Source: an uncultured Collinsella sp. (lineage in GTDB: Bacteria; Actinomycetota; Coriobacteriia; Coriobacteriales; Coriobacteriaceae). From it: a DNA stretch of 64,000 nt. Under the pieces are notes generated by a model. The model searched no databases and had not been told where the DNA came from. It was given only the letters and a program-made list of their open reading frames with translations. Made by a program: the position numbers and the translations under genes. The stretch is taken from the NCBI GenBank assembly GCA_958436995.1, contig CAUBMI010000001.1:9068-73067 (forward strand), given 5' to 3'. Shown here piece by piece: positions 28,276 through 37,876 of the stretch (positions within the stretch are counted from its first letter, which is position 1; each line of letters begins with the position of its first letter).

Positions 28276-28479
28276 TGGACAGTTAGTTCAAATTTGTATT
28301 TTTCTGAGCGCTCACACGGGTCACTTGATACGCCAAAAGCCCTCTTGTCGGCATAATATTGGCCAATCTCTCTTCTAGCGGACGTCTTCACTATGTCATT
28401 TGCTCCATTTTGCCCACTGAACCCTTCAGTAATGGCAAAATGCCCCGGTCGTTTTATACAAATCTGAACTAACTGTCCA
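28276..28479. repeat. 204-bp element with 24-bp terminal inverted repeats (left copy)
   Basis: TGGACAGTTAGTTCAAATTTGTAT (28276-28299) ... ATACAAATCTGAACTAACTGTCCA (28456-28479). Confidence 0.93.
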
Positions 28480-28643
28480 GCACCCATCTCGGTCCATACC
28501 TTCAAGGCCAAACCAGCGCCCCGCGCTCCGTTTTTCAAGGCCCCTCGCACAATCGCGCTACCGTCCGCGGCACACGACGCTCCTTTGAGCGAAAAGAACG
28601 GCACAGCCATATCATTTCGCCAACGGCTGAGTACCTTATAGCT

Positions 28644-29771
28644 ATGACCGCCGTGATCTCGCATTTCTCCGCCCTCCGCGCAATTCGCCGCGCTCGACGG
28701 GCGTACTCTGCGCTTCCCTGGAGCGCCATCAACGCCGAACAACAAGCACAAGCCCTTGCGGGCTGCGTTCCCAATAAAGACGCCATAGACTTTGCGGCTC
28801 TTTCGATGCTTGATGCCTGGAACGAAGACGACTCCGAGCGCTTAGACCTCCTTGTTGCGGATGGTAACAACAGACGCCCCGACGAACGCCTTCTCCAGCA
28901 CTCCATCACCGCCCCGCTTCCCGCAGGGGCAATCATGCACATCGAAGCCGACATCTACGCAACGTCTCCCGCCATGACAGCCATGTTGTACTCTAGGAAT
29001 GAGCCCGTAGCCAAGGTCCTAATGCTTCTCATGGAGCTACTCGGCTCTTACTCCCTCCCGCCCGAGGCAACCTATCCCATCGCCCATGACGACACGTGGC
29101 CCAAGGCCGATAGCTTCAAAGTGCTGGACGATCTTGATTGCCAGGGCGACCAACCGGCAGCCGAAAAACAAAACGAAACCCGCTACGAGCAGGCACACTA
29201 CAAATGCGAGCCTGCTACAACCATAAAAGAGCTCGAGGCAGTCGCACAGTTTGCCAAAAGCAGCTCCTACGCCTCGTTTCGCACGGCCGTCAGGCTCGCC
29301 CGAGCCGGATCCGCATCCCCAGCGGAATCCTTAATGTTCGCCGTCCTAGGCGCACCCATGCGTTTTGGCGGATTCGGATGTTGCAGCCTGCCCATGGGAG
29401 GTCTGCTGCTCAACTATCGAATCGACTTCGACACCCTTGCAGTCAACATGTCCTCGGGCATCCCCCATGCCATCTGCGACTTATATTGTCCGGCCGCAGG
29501 AGTCGACAACGAATACAACGGAATTGGACACGAGCTCCAGAACGCTCGCATCCACGACGGAAACCGCAACAACGGCCTTAAAGCCATGGGCGTTCACGTT
29601 CTGGTTATCAATCGCGACCAAATGAAAGACCTTGTTGCACTCGAAGCCTTCGCCCAGACGATGCATCGACTTGCCGGTATTCGATTCCGCTATCGCATCA
29701 AGGGCTATCGCAAGCGTCAAGCTGCATGGCTCAACGCTCTTCGGGCCGGAATCGGCCTCGCGCCGGTCTAG
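28644..29771 (+). CDS. AbiEi-like N-terminal region + DUF559/Vsr-like endonuclease domain protein
   Basis: SASPAES, GGFG, LNYRI, CDLY...EYNG..H, DGNRNNGLKAMGVHVL: pattern of actinobacterial DUF559-type proteins. Confidence 0.7.
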   Translation: MTAVISHFSALRAIRRARRAYSALPWSAINAEQQAQALAGCVPNKDAIDFAALSMLDAWNEDDSERLDLLVADGNNRRPDERLLQHSITAPLPAGAIMHIEADIYATSPAMTAMLYSRNEPVAKVLMLLMELLGSYSLPPEATYPIAHDDTWPKADSFKVLDDLDCQGDQPAAEKQNETRYEQAHYKCEPATTIKELEAVAQFAKSSSYASFRTAVRLARAGSASPAESLMFAVLGAPMRFGGFGCCSLPMGGLLLNYRIDFDTLAVNMSSGIPHAICDLYCPAAGVDNEYNGIGHELQNARIHDGNRNNGLKAMGVHVLVINRDQMKDLVALEAFAQTMHRLAGIRFRYRIKGYRKRQAAWLNALRAGIGLAPV

Positions 29772-29804
29772 AAAGCGTATCTCGACAACATCGCCGAGCA
29801 AGGC

Positions 29805-30008
29805 TGGACAGTTAGTTCAGATTTGTATAAACAGACGGCTTATTTCAAGGCGCTTTGCTGCCATCTCGGGGCCAATCACCTCATTTAAAGGCTCGAATGG
29901 CTTCGAAATAGCGCAAAACGTGCGCCCCAAAGCACCGAAACGGCTCCATGTCTCCGATTTTGGCAGCCGAGAGCCTCTTGCTTTATACAAATCTGAACTA
30001 ACTGTCCA
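29805..30008. repeat. 204-bp element with 24-bp terminal inverted repeats (right copy)
   Basis: TGGACAGTTAGTTCAGATTTGTAT (29805-29828) ... ATACAAATCTGAACTAACTGTCCA (29985-30008). Confidence 0.93.
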
Positions 30009-30122
30009 CCCCGGTTTCCTGCAACCGCTCAAACGCCCTCAACTCACCTCAATCGCCCTCCATTTGACAGCGGCAACGGGGTCGCTCACCATAGCAGACG
30101 ATAAATCGACGAAAGGAAGCAC

Positions 30123-30752
30123 ATGGCAGCTGCACAGCCGCTTAAGATTCGCATGGTTGCCGGACTTGGCAACCCTGGCGATGAGTATGCCGAGACCCGC
30201 CACAACGCTGGCTTCAAAGCAATCGACGAGTTGGCCCGTCAGGCCGGTGTCACCTACTGGAAAAACCAGGCAGGCGCCGAGGTCGCGCTCATCAATATCA
30301 ACGATGCCGAGGAAGAGGGCGGCAAGCGCCAGATCATGCTGGTCAAGCCGCAGTCGTATATGAATACCTCGGGTGGCCCCATCTCCAAGCTCTGCCGCGA
30401 GTACAAGATCAAGGCCGAGGAGCTGCTCGTGATTCACGACGAGCTCGACATTCCCGCCGGTGACGTGCGCGTCAAGGTGGGCGGAGGCCATGCCGGTCAC
30501 AACGGCCTGCGCTCCATCATCGACAAGATGGGCAGCCGCGACTTTAGCCGTATCCGCACCGGCATCGGCAACCCTCCCGGCAAGATGGCCGTGGCAGACT
30601 ATGTGCTCAAGCAGCTGCGCGCCCGCGAGGCCGAGGACTTCCAGGACACCTGCGCCCGCGCCGCAGATGCCGCCGGTCTGGCCATCGTCCACGGCGTAAT
30701 CTACGCCCGCGACCACGTCAACGGCGCCGCCTCCGCCAACGGCAAGCACTAA
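30123..30752 (+). CDS. pth: Peptidyl-tRNA hydrolase
   Basis: GLGNPG..YAETRHNAGF, KPQSYMN, HDELD, GHNGLRSI. Confidence 0.96.
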   Translation: MAAAQPLKIRMVAGLGNPGDEYAETRHNAGFKAIDELARQAGVTYWKNQAGAEVALININDAEEEGGKRQIMLVKPQSYMNTSGGPISKLCREYKIKAEELLVIHDELDIPAGDVRVKVGGGHAGHNGLRSIIDKMGSRDFSRIRTGIGNPPGKMAVADYVLKQLRAREAEDFQDTCARAADAAGLAIVHGVIYARDHVNGAASANGKH

Positions 30753-31124
30753 AACCTATCATTTAGGGATGTTAATTTTGGCAGGTTTTATATGCGAAAA
30801 CGCCGCCGCGGCCGCATCGCAATAAGTCCTGCGCCGCCATACATATGCAGCGCCCCATAGGGGGCCGGCCCCACCGATGCGCGAGGCCGGCCCCCTATGC
30901 CGTTTTGCCTGATAAAACCGACCAAAATAAACCTGTCCCTTTTTGGTAGGTCGAACCGGATAAACCCTTTTCCCACCTGCCGAAGATACACGTAAGCGAC
31001 ATGCCCATGAGGGTATAATTTGTACCGTATGTCTGCACAACGCCTGTGCGCGTACGGTTTTATTCGGGCTACCGTCCATTTCCGTGGAGGCACGGTTCGG
31101 CGGCCCTAACAAGAGAGGGGTTCT

Positions 31125-31964
31125 ATGTATAAGATCCTGGAGAAGACGCAGTTCTCGGAGAAGGTGTTCAAGTTCCGCATCGAGGCGCCCGCAATCGCCA
31201 AGCATGCGCACGCTGGACAGTTCCTCATGGTCCGCGCCAACGAGACGGGCGAGCGCGTCCCGTTTACCCTGGCCGGCTGGAACGCTGACGAGGGCTGGGT
31301 CGAGTTCATCTTCATGGTGATCGGCAAGACCACCGAGATGCTGTCCACCTACGAGGCCGGCGAGTCGCTGCGCGACGTCGTGGGCCCGCTGGGCGTTCCC
31401 ACCGAAATGGCCGAGGGCCCCTGCGCCGTCATTGGCGGCGGCGTCGGCCTGGCAATTGCCTTCCCGGTCGCCAAGCACCTGGTCGAGACCGGTCACGAGG
31501 TGCACGCCATCATGGGCGCCCGCACCAAGGACCTCCTGCTCATGGAGGACCAGTTCCGCGAGCTCCTCGACGAGGACCACATCCACATCACCACCGACGA
31601 CGGCTCCTACGGCGAGCAGGGCGTTGTCACCGCTCCGCTGGAGCGCCTGCTGCAGGACAAGGCCGTGAGCCAGGTCTTCTGCGTCGGCCCCGTTCCGATG
31701 ATGAAGTTCTCGACCCTCACCGCCCAGAAGTACGACACCCCCATCACCGCGTCGCTCAACCCCATCATGGTTGACGGCACCGGTATGTGCGGCTGCTGCC
31801 GCGTCGAGGTGGGCGGCGTGACCAAGTTCGCTTGCGTCGACGGCCCCGACTTCGATGCCACCCTGGTCGACTGGGATGACCTTCGTGCCCGCCAGGCCGC
31901 TTACCGTTCCGAAGAGGGCGAGTCCCTCAAGGCCTATGAGGAAAAGAGCTGCGCATGCCACTAG
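31125..31964 (+). CDS. nfnA: NfnA/SudB-type FAD, [2Fe-2S] ferredoxin-NADP reductase subunit
   Basis: GQFLMVR, GERVPFT, GGGVG, MVDGTGMCGCCR...ACVDGPDF. Confidence 0.8.
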   Translation: MYKILEKTQFSEKVFKFRIEAPAIAKHAHAGQFLMVRANETGERVPFTLAGWNADEGWVEFIFMVIGKTTEMLSTYEAGESLRDVVGPLGVPTEMAEGPCAVIGGGVGLAIAFPVAKHLVETGHEVHAIMGARTKDLLLMEDQFRELLDEDHIHITTDDGSYGEQGVVTAPLERLLQDKAVSQVFCVGPVPMMKFSTLTAQKYDTPITASLNPIMVDGTGMCGCCRVEVGGVTKFACVDGPDFDATLVDWDDLRARQAAYRSEEGESLKAYEEKSCACH

Positions 31965-33364
31965 TTAACGGTCGTTTCGTTGCCGATATGAAGTCGCCCC
32001 GCACCCCCGATAACGAGGAGCCGGCTGCCGAGCGCGCCTGCGACTTCCGCCCCGTCGACAAGGGCTTCACCGAGGAGATGGCGCTGGCCGAGGCCGAGCG
32101 CTGCCTCAACTGCAAGAAGCCGTTCTGTGTTGAGGGCTGCCCCGTCAACATCAACATCCCCCGCTTTATCGAGCAGATCCGCGCGAAGGACTTCGGCGGC
32201 GCTCTCGATACCATCCGCGAGGACTCCATGCTTCCCGCCATCTGCGGTCGCGTCTGCCCGCAGGAGAACCAGTGCGAGGGCAAGTGCATCCGTGGTAAGA
32301 AGTCCGAGCCCGTGGCCATCGGCCAGCTCGAGCGCTTCCTGGGTGATCGCCCCGAGCTCGCCTCCACGCCCAAGATGGCCCCCAAGAATGGCAAGAAGGT
32401 CGCCGTCGTCGGCTCCGGCCCGTCCGGCATCACCTGCGCCGGCGAGCTCGCCCGCAACGGCTTTGACGTTACCGTCTTCGAGGCATTCTTCACCGGCGGC
32501 GGCGTGCTGGTCTACGGCATCCCCGAGTTCCGTCTGCCCAAGGCAGTCGTCAAGCGCGAGATTGACGGCCTGGAGGACATGGGCGTCAAGTTTGAGTACA
32601 ACTCCGTCGTGGGCAATATGGCCACGGCCGAGGAGCTGTTCGAGCAGGGCTTCGACGCCATCTACGTGGCGACCGGCGCAGGCCTGCCCAAGTTCCTCAA
32701 CGTCCCCGGCGAGAACCTGCCCAACGTCTTCTTCGCTAACGAGTACCTCACCCGCGTGAACCTGATGAAGGCCAACAAGTTCCCCGAGTACGACACCCCC
32801 ACCAAGCACGGCAAGAACGTCGTCGTCTTTGGCGGCGGCAACGTGGCTATGGACGCTGTCCGTACCGCCAAGCGTCTGGGCGCCGAGCACGCCATCATCG
32901 CCTACCGTCGTACCGAGGACGAGATGCCCTGCCGTCGCGCCGAGCTGCACCATGCTAAGGCCGAGGGCGTCGAGGTTCTGCCGCTCGTCTCCCCGCTCGA
33001 GTTTGTCGCTGGCGAAGACGGCTCCGTGTGCGCCGTCAAGGTCCAGAAGATGGAGCTCGGCGAGCCTGACGAGTCCGGCCGTCGCCGCCCGGTGCCCATC
33101 GAGGGCGCCATCGAGGAGATCCCCTGCGACGTCGCCATCTCGGCTATCGGCACCAACGCCAACCCCTTCGCAAAGAAGATCGGCGGCAAGATGGAGCTCA
33201 ACAAGTGGGGCTACATCGTCGCCGACGAGGAGACCGGCCAGACCACCGATCCCCGCATCTGGGCCGGCGGCGACATCGTCACCGGTGCCGCTACGGTCAT
33301 TCTGGCGATGGGCGCCGGCAAGAAGGCCGCTGCCTCCATCACCAAGAGCCTGCTGGGCGAGTAA
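31955..33364 (+). CDS. nfnB: NfnB/SudA-type (GltD-like) NADPH-dependent subunit
   Basis: RCLNCKKPFCVEGCP, CGRVCPQENQCEGKC, GSGPSG, YGIPEFRLPK, GGGNVAMD; overlaps nfnA; no gltB adjacent. Confidence 0.8.
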   Translation: MPLVNGRFVADMKSPRTPDNEEPAAERACDFRPVDKGFTEEMALAEAERCLNCKKPFCVEGCPVNINIPRFIEQIRAKDFGGALDTIREDSMLPAICGRVCPQENQCEGKCIRGKKSEPVAIGQLERFLGDRPELASTPKMAPKNGKKVAVVGSGPSGITCAGELARNGFDVTVFEAFFTGGGVLVYGIPEFRLPKAVVKREIDGLEDMGVKFEYNSVVGNMATAEELFEQGFDAIYVATGAGLPKFLNVPGENLPNVFFANEYLTRVNLMKANKFPEYDTPTKHGKNVVVFGGGNVAMDAVRTAKRLGAEHAIIAYRRTEDEMPCRRAELHHAKAEGVEVLPLVSPLEFVAGEDGSVCAVKVQKMELGEPDESGRRRPVPIEGAIEEIPCDVAISAIGTNANPFAKKIGGKMELNKWGYIVADEETGQTTDPRIWAGGDIVTGAATVILAMGAGKKAAASITKSLLGE

Positions 33365-33445
33365 TCACCTACAGCACTAGCCGCCAAACGGCAAAGTCCC
33401 CGTCGAGCACACGCCCGGCGGGGACTTTTTCCATGCCGGCCGCCC

Positions 33446-33483
33446 AAACCACCACGATGGGGCAGGCACCTTTGTGGTGGTTT
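33446..33483. repeat. REP-like hairpin (left flank of ladder 2)
   Basis: AAACCACCAC...GGGGCAGGCACCTTT-GTGGTGGTTT. Confidence 0.8.
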
Positions 33484-33504
33484 GGGACTTGCCCGGTCGT
33501 TTTG

Positions 33505-33720
33505 TCTCAATCTGTAACAGCTGGAGTCCGTTGAGCCCTGCAGTTGTTACAGATTGAGATATTGTGCCGGCCGGCCACGCTGCATCTCAATCTGTAACAG
33601 TTAGAGACCAAATATGCCGCCTGGTGTTACAGATCAAGACGTTGGGCTGACGGCCGAACGGTTCATCTCAATCTGTAACAGTTAGAGCCATTTTCGCTGG
33701 CTTGGTGTTACAGATCGAGA
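33505..33720. repeat. Alternating-orientation 15-bp motif ladder, copy 2
   Basis: Motif starts at 33505, 33545, 33585, 33625, 33666, 33706. Confidence 0.95.
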
Positions 33721-33776
33721 CTATGCAAAAGCCGAGGATAGGCACTGCCGCCAAGGCCTTCCCCTCGGCCTAAAAC

Positions 33777-33819
33777 AAAAACCACCACAAAGGTGCCTGT
33801 ACCCTTTGTGGTGGTTTTT
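33777..33819. repeat. REP-like hairpin (right flank of ladder 2, inverted relative to 33446)
   Basis: AAAAACCACCACAAAGG-TGCCTGTAC-CCTTTGTGGTGGTTTTT. Confidence 0.8.
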
Positions 33820-33825
33820 GGTCGG

Positions 33826-34449
33826 CTAGCCTTCGAGTTGAGCCACTTTGTAGCGGTAGGCAGCGGCTATGACGTCTTTGCAGCCTTCGCGGCCCAGCTT
33901 GGCGCGGTTGACGACGATATCCTTGCCGCTCGTCATCTTCCACTTTCCCGCACTGTAGCGCTTATAGAACGCCTCGCGCGCCTTCTGCTGCTGCTTGACC
34001 AGCTTGGCGCCCTTCTTTTTATTAAGGCCACGCTTTTTGCGCACAATCTCGACGCGGTCCTCAAAGGGGGCGGTCACCAGCACGGCAATATGGTTGGGAT
34101 TATTGCGCAGCAGATAATCGGACAGACGACCCTCGATAATGCAGCTCTCGGTCTCGCCCAGGTCCAAGATCACCTGGCTCATCTTTTGGAATAATTTGTC
34201 CGAGTACGAACGGGCATCGTAGCGGTCGGGCAGAAACGCCATGTTCTCCACAGCCAGACGCTCGTCGTAGGCAGCCATCTTGTCGAGTGACTCGCCCGCA
34301 CGCAGCGACGCGCGCACCAGCAGCTCGTTATCATACAGGGGAATCCCCAACTCGTCGGCAAGTATGCGGCCAATCTCGTGACCCTCGGCACCAAAATCGC
34401 GCGCGATGGTAATGACCACAGGATTCTTCTTATTCTCCAGATCGCTCAT
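33826..34449 (-). CDS. Cytidylate-kinase-like family protein
   Basis: VITIARDFGAEGHEIG, LGIPLYD, CIIEGR. Confidence 0.8.
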   Translation of the reverse strand: MSDLENKKNPVVITIARDFGAEGHEIGRILADELGIPLYDNELLVRASLRAGESLDKMAAYDERLAVENMAFLPDRYDARSYSDKLFQKMSQVILDLGETESCIIEGRLSDYLLRNNPNHIAVLVTAPFEDRVEIVRKKRGLNKKKGAKLVKQQQKAREAFYKRYSAGKWKMTSGKDIVVNRAKLGREGCKDVIAAAYRYKVAQLEG

Positions 34450-34510
34450 CGCGATTCCTTTCTAACACATGAGAAAAGGACTGTTTATCTCTTATTCCCA
34501 CGATACCGTA

Positions 34511-34616
34511 CCTGGGTTTTCCTGGTGCCCAAGATTGGCCTGAAAGAGGAGCGACGCGTACTTTGGTACGCGAGCGACGGTTTGAAGGCCAAGGTTGGGT
34601 GCCAGGAAAACCCAGG
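34511..34616. repeat. 106-bp long hairpin element
   Basis: CCTGGGTTTTCCTGG...CCAGGAAAACCCAGG arms with inner CGCGTAC-TTTG-GTACGCG. Confidence 0.8.
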
Positions 34617-35255
34617 CTATGCGGCTACGATGCGGCGTTGGTATGCTCTCACCAGCAGCGAGATACCAAAGTTGAGCACAAAGTACATCGCAAATACCAG
34701 GCCGTAGAGCATAAGCACCTGCGACAGGTCGATCGCATGGGCCATCACGACGTTTGCCGTGTACATGAGCTCGGCCACGTTAATGCCCGAAAGATACGAG
34801 CTGTCCTTGATGACGGTCGTGCACTGGCTAAACAGCGCCGGGATGATCGTCTTAAACGTCTGCGGCAGAATGATGTAGCGCATGGTGGCAAAGAAGCCAA
34901 AACCCTGGCTCTGCGCCGCCTCAAACTGGCCGCGCGGAATCGAGTTGAGGCCGCCGCGCACAATCTCGGCCATAACAGCGCTGGTAAACAGCGTAAAGGC
35001 GATGGTCGAAATCACAATGTCCAAACCCTGCACCGTAAAGTAGATAAACAGAATCCACAGCAGGTTCGGCGTGCAACGGAACAGCTCGATATAGGCGCTC
35101 ACCAAAATACGGAACGGACGGGGCGCATAGCTTTTAACAAGCGCCAGCACCGTGCCAAAGATGAGCGAGAAAAAGATCGACAGCGCCGAGATCTCGATTG
35201 TCTTAACAAAGCCGCCCCAAATGTAGAGCAGGTTGGTCGCGTTGAAGATTTCCAT
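34617..35255 (-). CDS. Polar amino-acid ABC transporter permease
   Basis: YIELFRCTP, EIVRGG, GQFEAAQSQG EAA loop. Confidence 0.9.
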   Translation of the reverse strand: MEIFNATNLLYIWGGFVKTIEISALSIFFSLIFGTVLALVKSYAPRPFRILVSAYIELFRCTPNLLWILFIYFTVQGLDIVISTIAFTLFTSAVMAEIVRGGLNSIPRGQFEAAQSQGFGFFATMRYIILPQTFKTIIPALFSQCTTVIKDSSYLSGINVAELMYTANVVMAHAIDLSQVLMLYGLVFAMYFVLNFGISLLVRAYQRRIVAA

Positions 35256-35258
35256 GCG

Positions 35259-36005
35259 CTAGGCCTCCTCTACGTTGTCGAGCCCCAGCTCGGCTAGGCT
35301 CACGCCGCGCGGACACTCCTTGGAGCGGCGCTCGAGCCACTGCACCAGCATGGCGAGCGGAAAGCAGATGATGAAGTACATAAGGCAGCAGACGATGTAT
35401 CCCTGCAGGTAACCGTACAGACTCACAAAGTTGTCGGAACGGTACATAAGGTCGCCGCCGGCCACAAGCGCCAGCACCGACGTGTTCTTGACCAGGTTGA
35501 GCGCCTGGTTACACAGCGGCGGCAGAATGATCTTGAACGTCTGGGGCAGCACGATGTACCAGTACGCCTGCGCACGGGTGAAGCCCTGGCTCTGGGCCGC
35601 CTCCATCTGACCGCGCGGAACTGCCTCGATACCGGTGCGGATGACCTCCGAAATGTAGGCCGCGTGATACAGACCCACGCCCAAGAAGCCCAGCACGAAC
35701 GGCGCGATGCGCACCGGCTGGTCGGCGCCGGTTATGGCCTGCAAAAACTGCGGACCGGCCATGTACATAAAGAGCACCTGTACGGGCAACGGGGTGTTCT
35801 GGTAAAACTCCACGTACACGCGGCTTATGGCACGCAGCACGCGCGAGCGAGTGGTAGAGAACACGCCCAGCAGCGTGCCCAGCACCAGCGACAGCAGCAG
35901 ACCGACAACGACTACCTGCAGCGTCACGCCAAAGCCCTCCCAGAAGGGCCCCATGTTTTGAAATGTCGTCGACCAACGGTCGGCGTCAAATAATCCTTCG
36001 AGCAT
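35259..36005 (-). CDS. Polar amino-acid ABC transporter permease
   Basis: YVEFYQNTP, EVIRTG, GQMEAA, VKNTS. Confidence 0.9.
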   Translation of the reverse strand: MLEGLFDADRWSTTFQNMGPFWEGFGVTLQVVVVGLLLSLVLGTLLGVFSTTRSRVLRAISRVYVEFYQNTPLPVQVLFMYMAGPQFLQAITGADQPVRIAPFVLGFLGVGLYHAAYISEVIRTGIEAVPRGQMEAAQSQGFTRAQAYWYIVLPQTFKIILPPLCNQALNLVKNTSVLALVAGGDLMYRSDNFVSLYGYLQGYIVCCLMYFIICFPLAMLVQWLERRSKECPRGVSLAELGLDNVEEA

Positions 36006-36030
36006 TTGATTCCTTCCTTGGACGATACGC

Positions 36031-36909
36031 CTATACAAGACCCCAGGTCTTGACCTCTTGGTCGAGCCAGCCGTCGGCCAGGCGATCGCAAATCACCTGA
36101 TCGACCACGGCCGAAAGGTCGCAGCCCTTCTTGGTCGCCACGCCGTAGCCCTGCTCGCCAAACTTGACCTCGGGCTGCAGCAGCTCAACAGTCTCGTTCA
36201 TGTAGCCGGCCAGCGTGGAGCGGTCCATGGCAAAGACGTCGATATTGCCGGCGTCGAGCGAACTCTTGATGATGGGGTAGCCGCTAAAGGCCCTGAACTC
36301 GGGCTTACAGCTAAAGCCGTTGTCCTTGATCATCTGCTCGATCAGGCCCTGCGTGGTGGCACCCTGGCTCACGCCGATGACCTTGCCGTCCAGGTCCTCA
36401 ATCGAGGTAAAGCCCGAACGCTTCTTGACCATGAGTCCCACGTAGTCGGTGCGGTACGGCGTCGAGAAATCCCAGCTCTTCTTGCGCTCGTCGGTAATGG
36501 TGTAGGTCGCCGCGACCACGTCAAGCTGGCCGTTATCGATCAGCGGGCCACGCGTCTTGGGCGTTACATCGGTAAACTCGACAAGCTCCCGGGCACGGGC
36601 CTCCTTGTAGCTCACGCCAAAGACGGCAGCGGCGATCTGGTAGCACAAATCGACTTCCATGCCCTCAAAGCGGCCCTTGGCGGTGTCGTAATAGCCATAG
36701 CCGGGAACGTCCTTCTTAACGCCGGCATTCAGATGGCCACGCGACTTAATGGCCGCAAGCTTGGACCCCTTTTCGGAGCCCTCGCCGCTGGTAGAGTTGC
36801 CGCAACCGGTAAGCGCGGCCCCCGTCAGCGCAAGCATGCCGGCGCCCGCCAGCTGCAAAAAGTGACGGCGCGACACGGCCGTCCTCGTCATATCCGTCAT
36901 GTCCATCAC
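36031..36909 (-). CDS. Polar amino-acid (Glu/Asp/Gln, PEB1-like) binding lipoprotein with Tat-like signal
   Basis: SRRHFL twin-arginine, LTGC lipobox, GVKKDVPG, ATYTITDER. Confidence 0.88.
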   Translation of the reverse strand: MMDMTDMTRTAVSRRHFLQLAGAGMLALTGAALTGCGNSTSGEGSEKGSKLAAIKSRGHLNAGVKKDVPGYGYYDTAKGRFEGMEVDLCYQIAAAVFGVSYKEARARELVEFTDVTPKTRGPLIDNGQLDVVAATYTITDERKKSWDFSTPYRTDYVGLMVKKRSGFTSIEDLDGKVIGVSQGATTQGLIEQMIKDNGFSCKPEFRAFSGYPIIKSSLDAGNIDVFAMDRSTLAGYMNETVELLQPEVKFGEQGYGVATKKGCDLSAVVDQVICDRLADGWLDQEVKTWGLV

Positions 36910-36914
36910 CGCGC

Positions 36915-37646
36915 CTAGTGCAGAATCTTGGACAGGAACTCGCGGCAGCGCGGGTTCTCGGGGTTATCGAAGAAGTGCTCGGGCGTGCCCTCCTCCAGGA
37001 TGCGGCCGTCCTCCATAAAGATGACGCGGTCGGCCACCTGGCGCGCAAAGCCCATCTCGTGCGTCACGCAGATCATGGTGATGTCCTCCTGCGTGAGCTC
37101 AATCATAACGTCCAGAACCTCCTGGACCATCTCGGGGTCGAGCGCCGAAGTCGGCTCGTCAAACAGGATGATGGGCTGCTTGGTACACAGGGCGCGGGCG
37201 ATGGCGATGCGCTGCTGCTGACCACCCGAGAGATTCTGCGGATACTCGCCGGCCTTATGCGCCATGCCGACGCGCTTGAGTGCGGCGATGGCGATCTCGG
37301 TCGCCTCCTCCTTGCTCTTCTTTTGCAGCTTGATGGGCGCGAGTGTCAGGTTGCCCAGCACCGTCATGTTGGGATACAGGTTGAACTGCTGGAACACCAT
37401 GGAACTATACTTGCGAGCCATCTCCAGGTGATTCTTTTTGGTGAGCGGCGTACCGTCGATGACGACCTCGCCCGACGTAGGCTCCTCCAGATAATCGACA
37501 CAGCGGATGAGCGTCGACTTACCCGAACCAGAAGGCCCGATCATTACGAGCTTCTCGCCGCGCTTGACGGTGAGGTTGATATCTTTGAGCACATGCAGGT
37601 CGCCAAAGTACTTGTTGAGATGCTTGATCTCGATCATGTCTGCCAT
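36915..37646 (-). CDS. Polar amino-acid ABC ATPase (GlnQ-like)
   Basis: [28 protein letters not shown]. Confidence 0.93.
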   Translation of the reverse strand: MADMIEIKHLNKYFGDLHVLKDINLTVKRGEKLVMIGPSGSGKSTLIRCVDYLEEPTSGEVVIDGTPLTKKNHLEMARKYSSMVFQQFNLYPNMTVLGNLTLAPIKLQKKSKEEATEIAIAALKRVGMAHKAGEYPQNLSGGQQQRIAIARALCTKQPIILFDEPTSALDPEMVQEVLDVMIELTQEDITMICVTHEMGFARQVADRVIFMEDGRILEEGTPEHFFDNPENPRCREFLSKILH

Positions 37647-37876
37647 GGATGTCCCTTCCCTGCGTTTACACGAGTTGAACTATTGTACGGAAAGAACCAC
37701 GTTTCCGCAGCCCACACTACATCCCCGTAAAGAACCCGCAATCTTCCACCCACTCATTGGGCACTCGGGCACTCATTTAAGTCTGTCCCCAATGAGTGCC
37801 CTTCAGCTGCCATCAAAAAAGGGGCGCGACCGCAATGGTCACGCCCCCTCAACATCAACTATATGCCGCTCGGTCC

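Noticed and set aside
28137..30363. ORFs 28137-28751(-), 29632-30363(+) and 29817-30032(-) sharing 'GQLVQICI'/'YKSELTV' peptides
   Set aside because: The shared peptides are just translations of the 24-bp TIRs, not protein repeats
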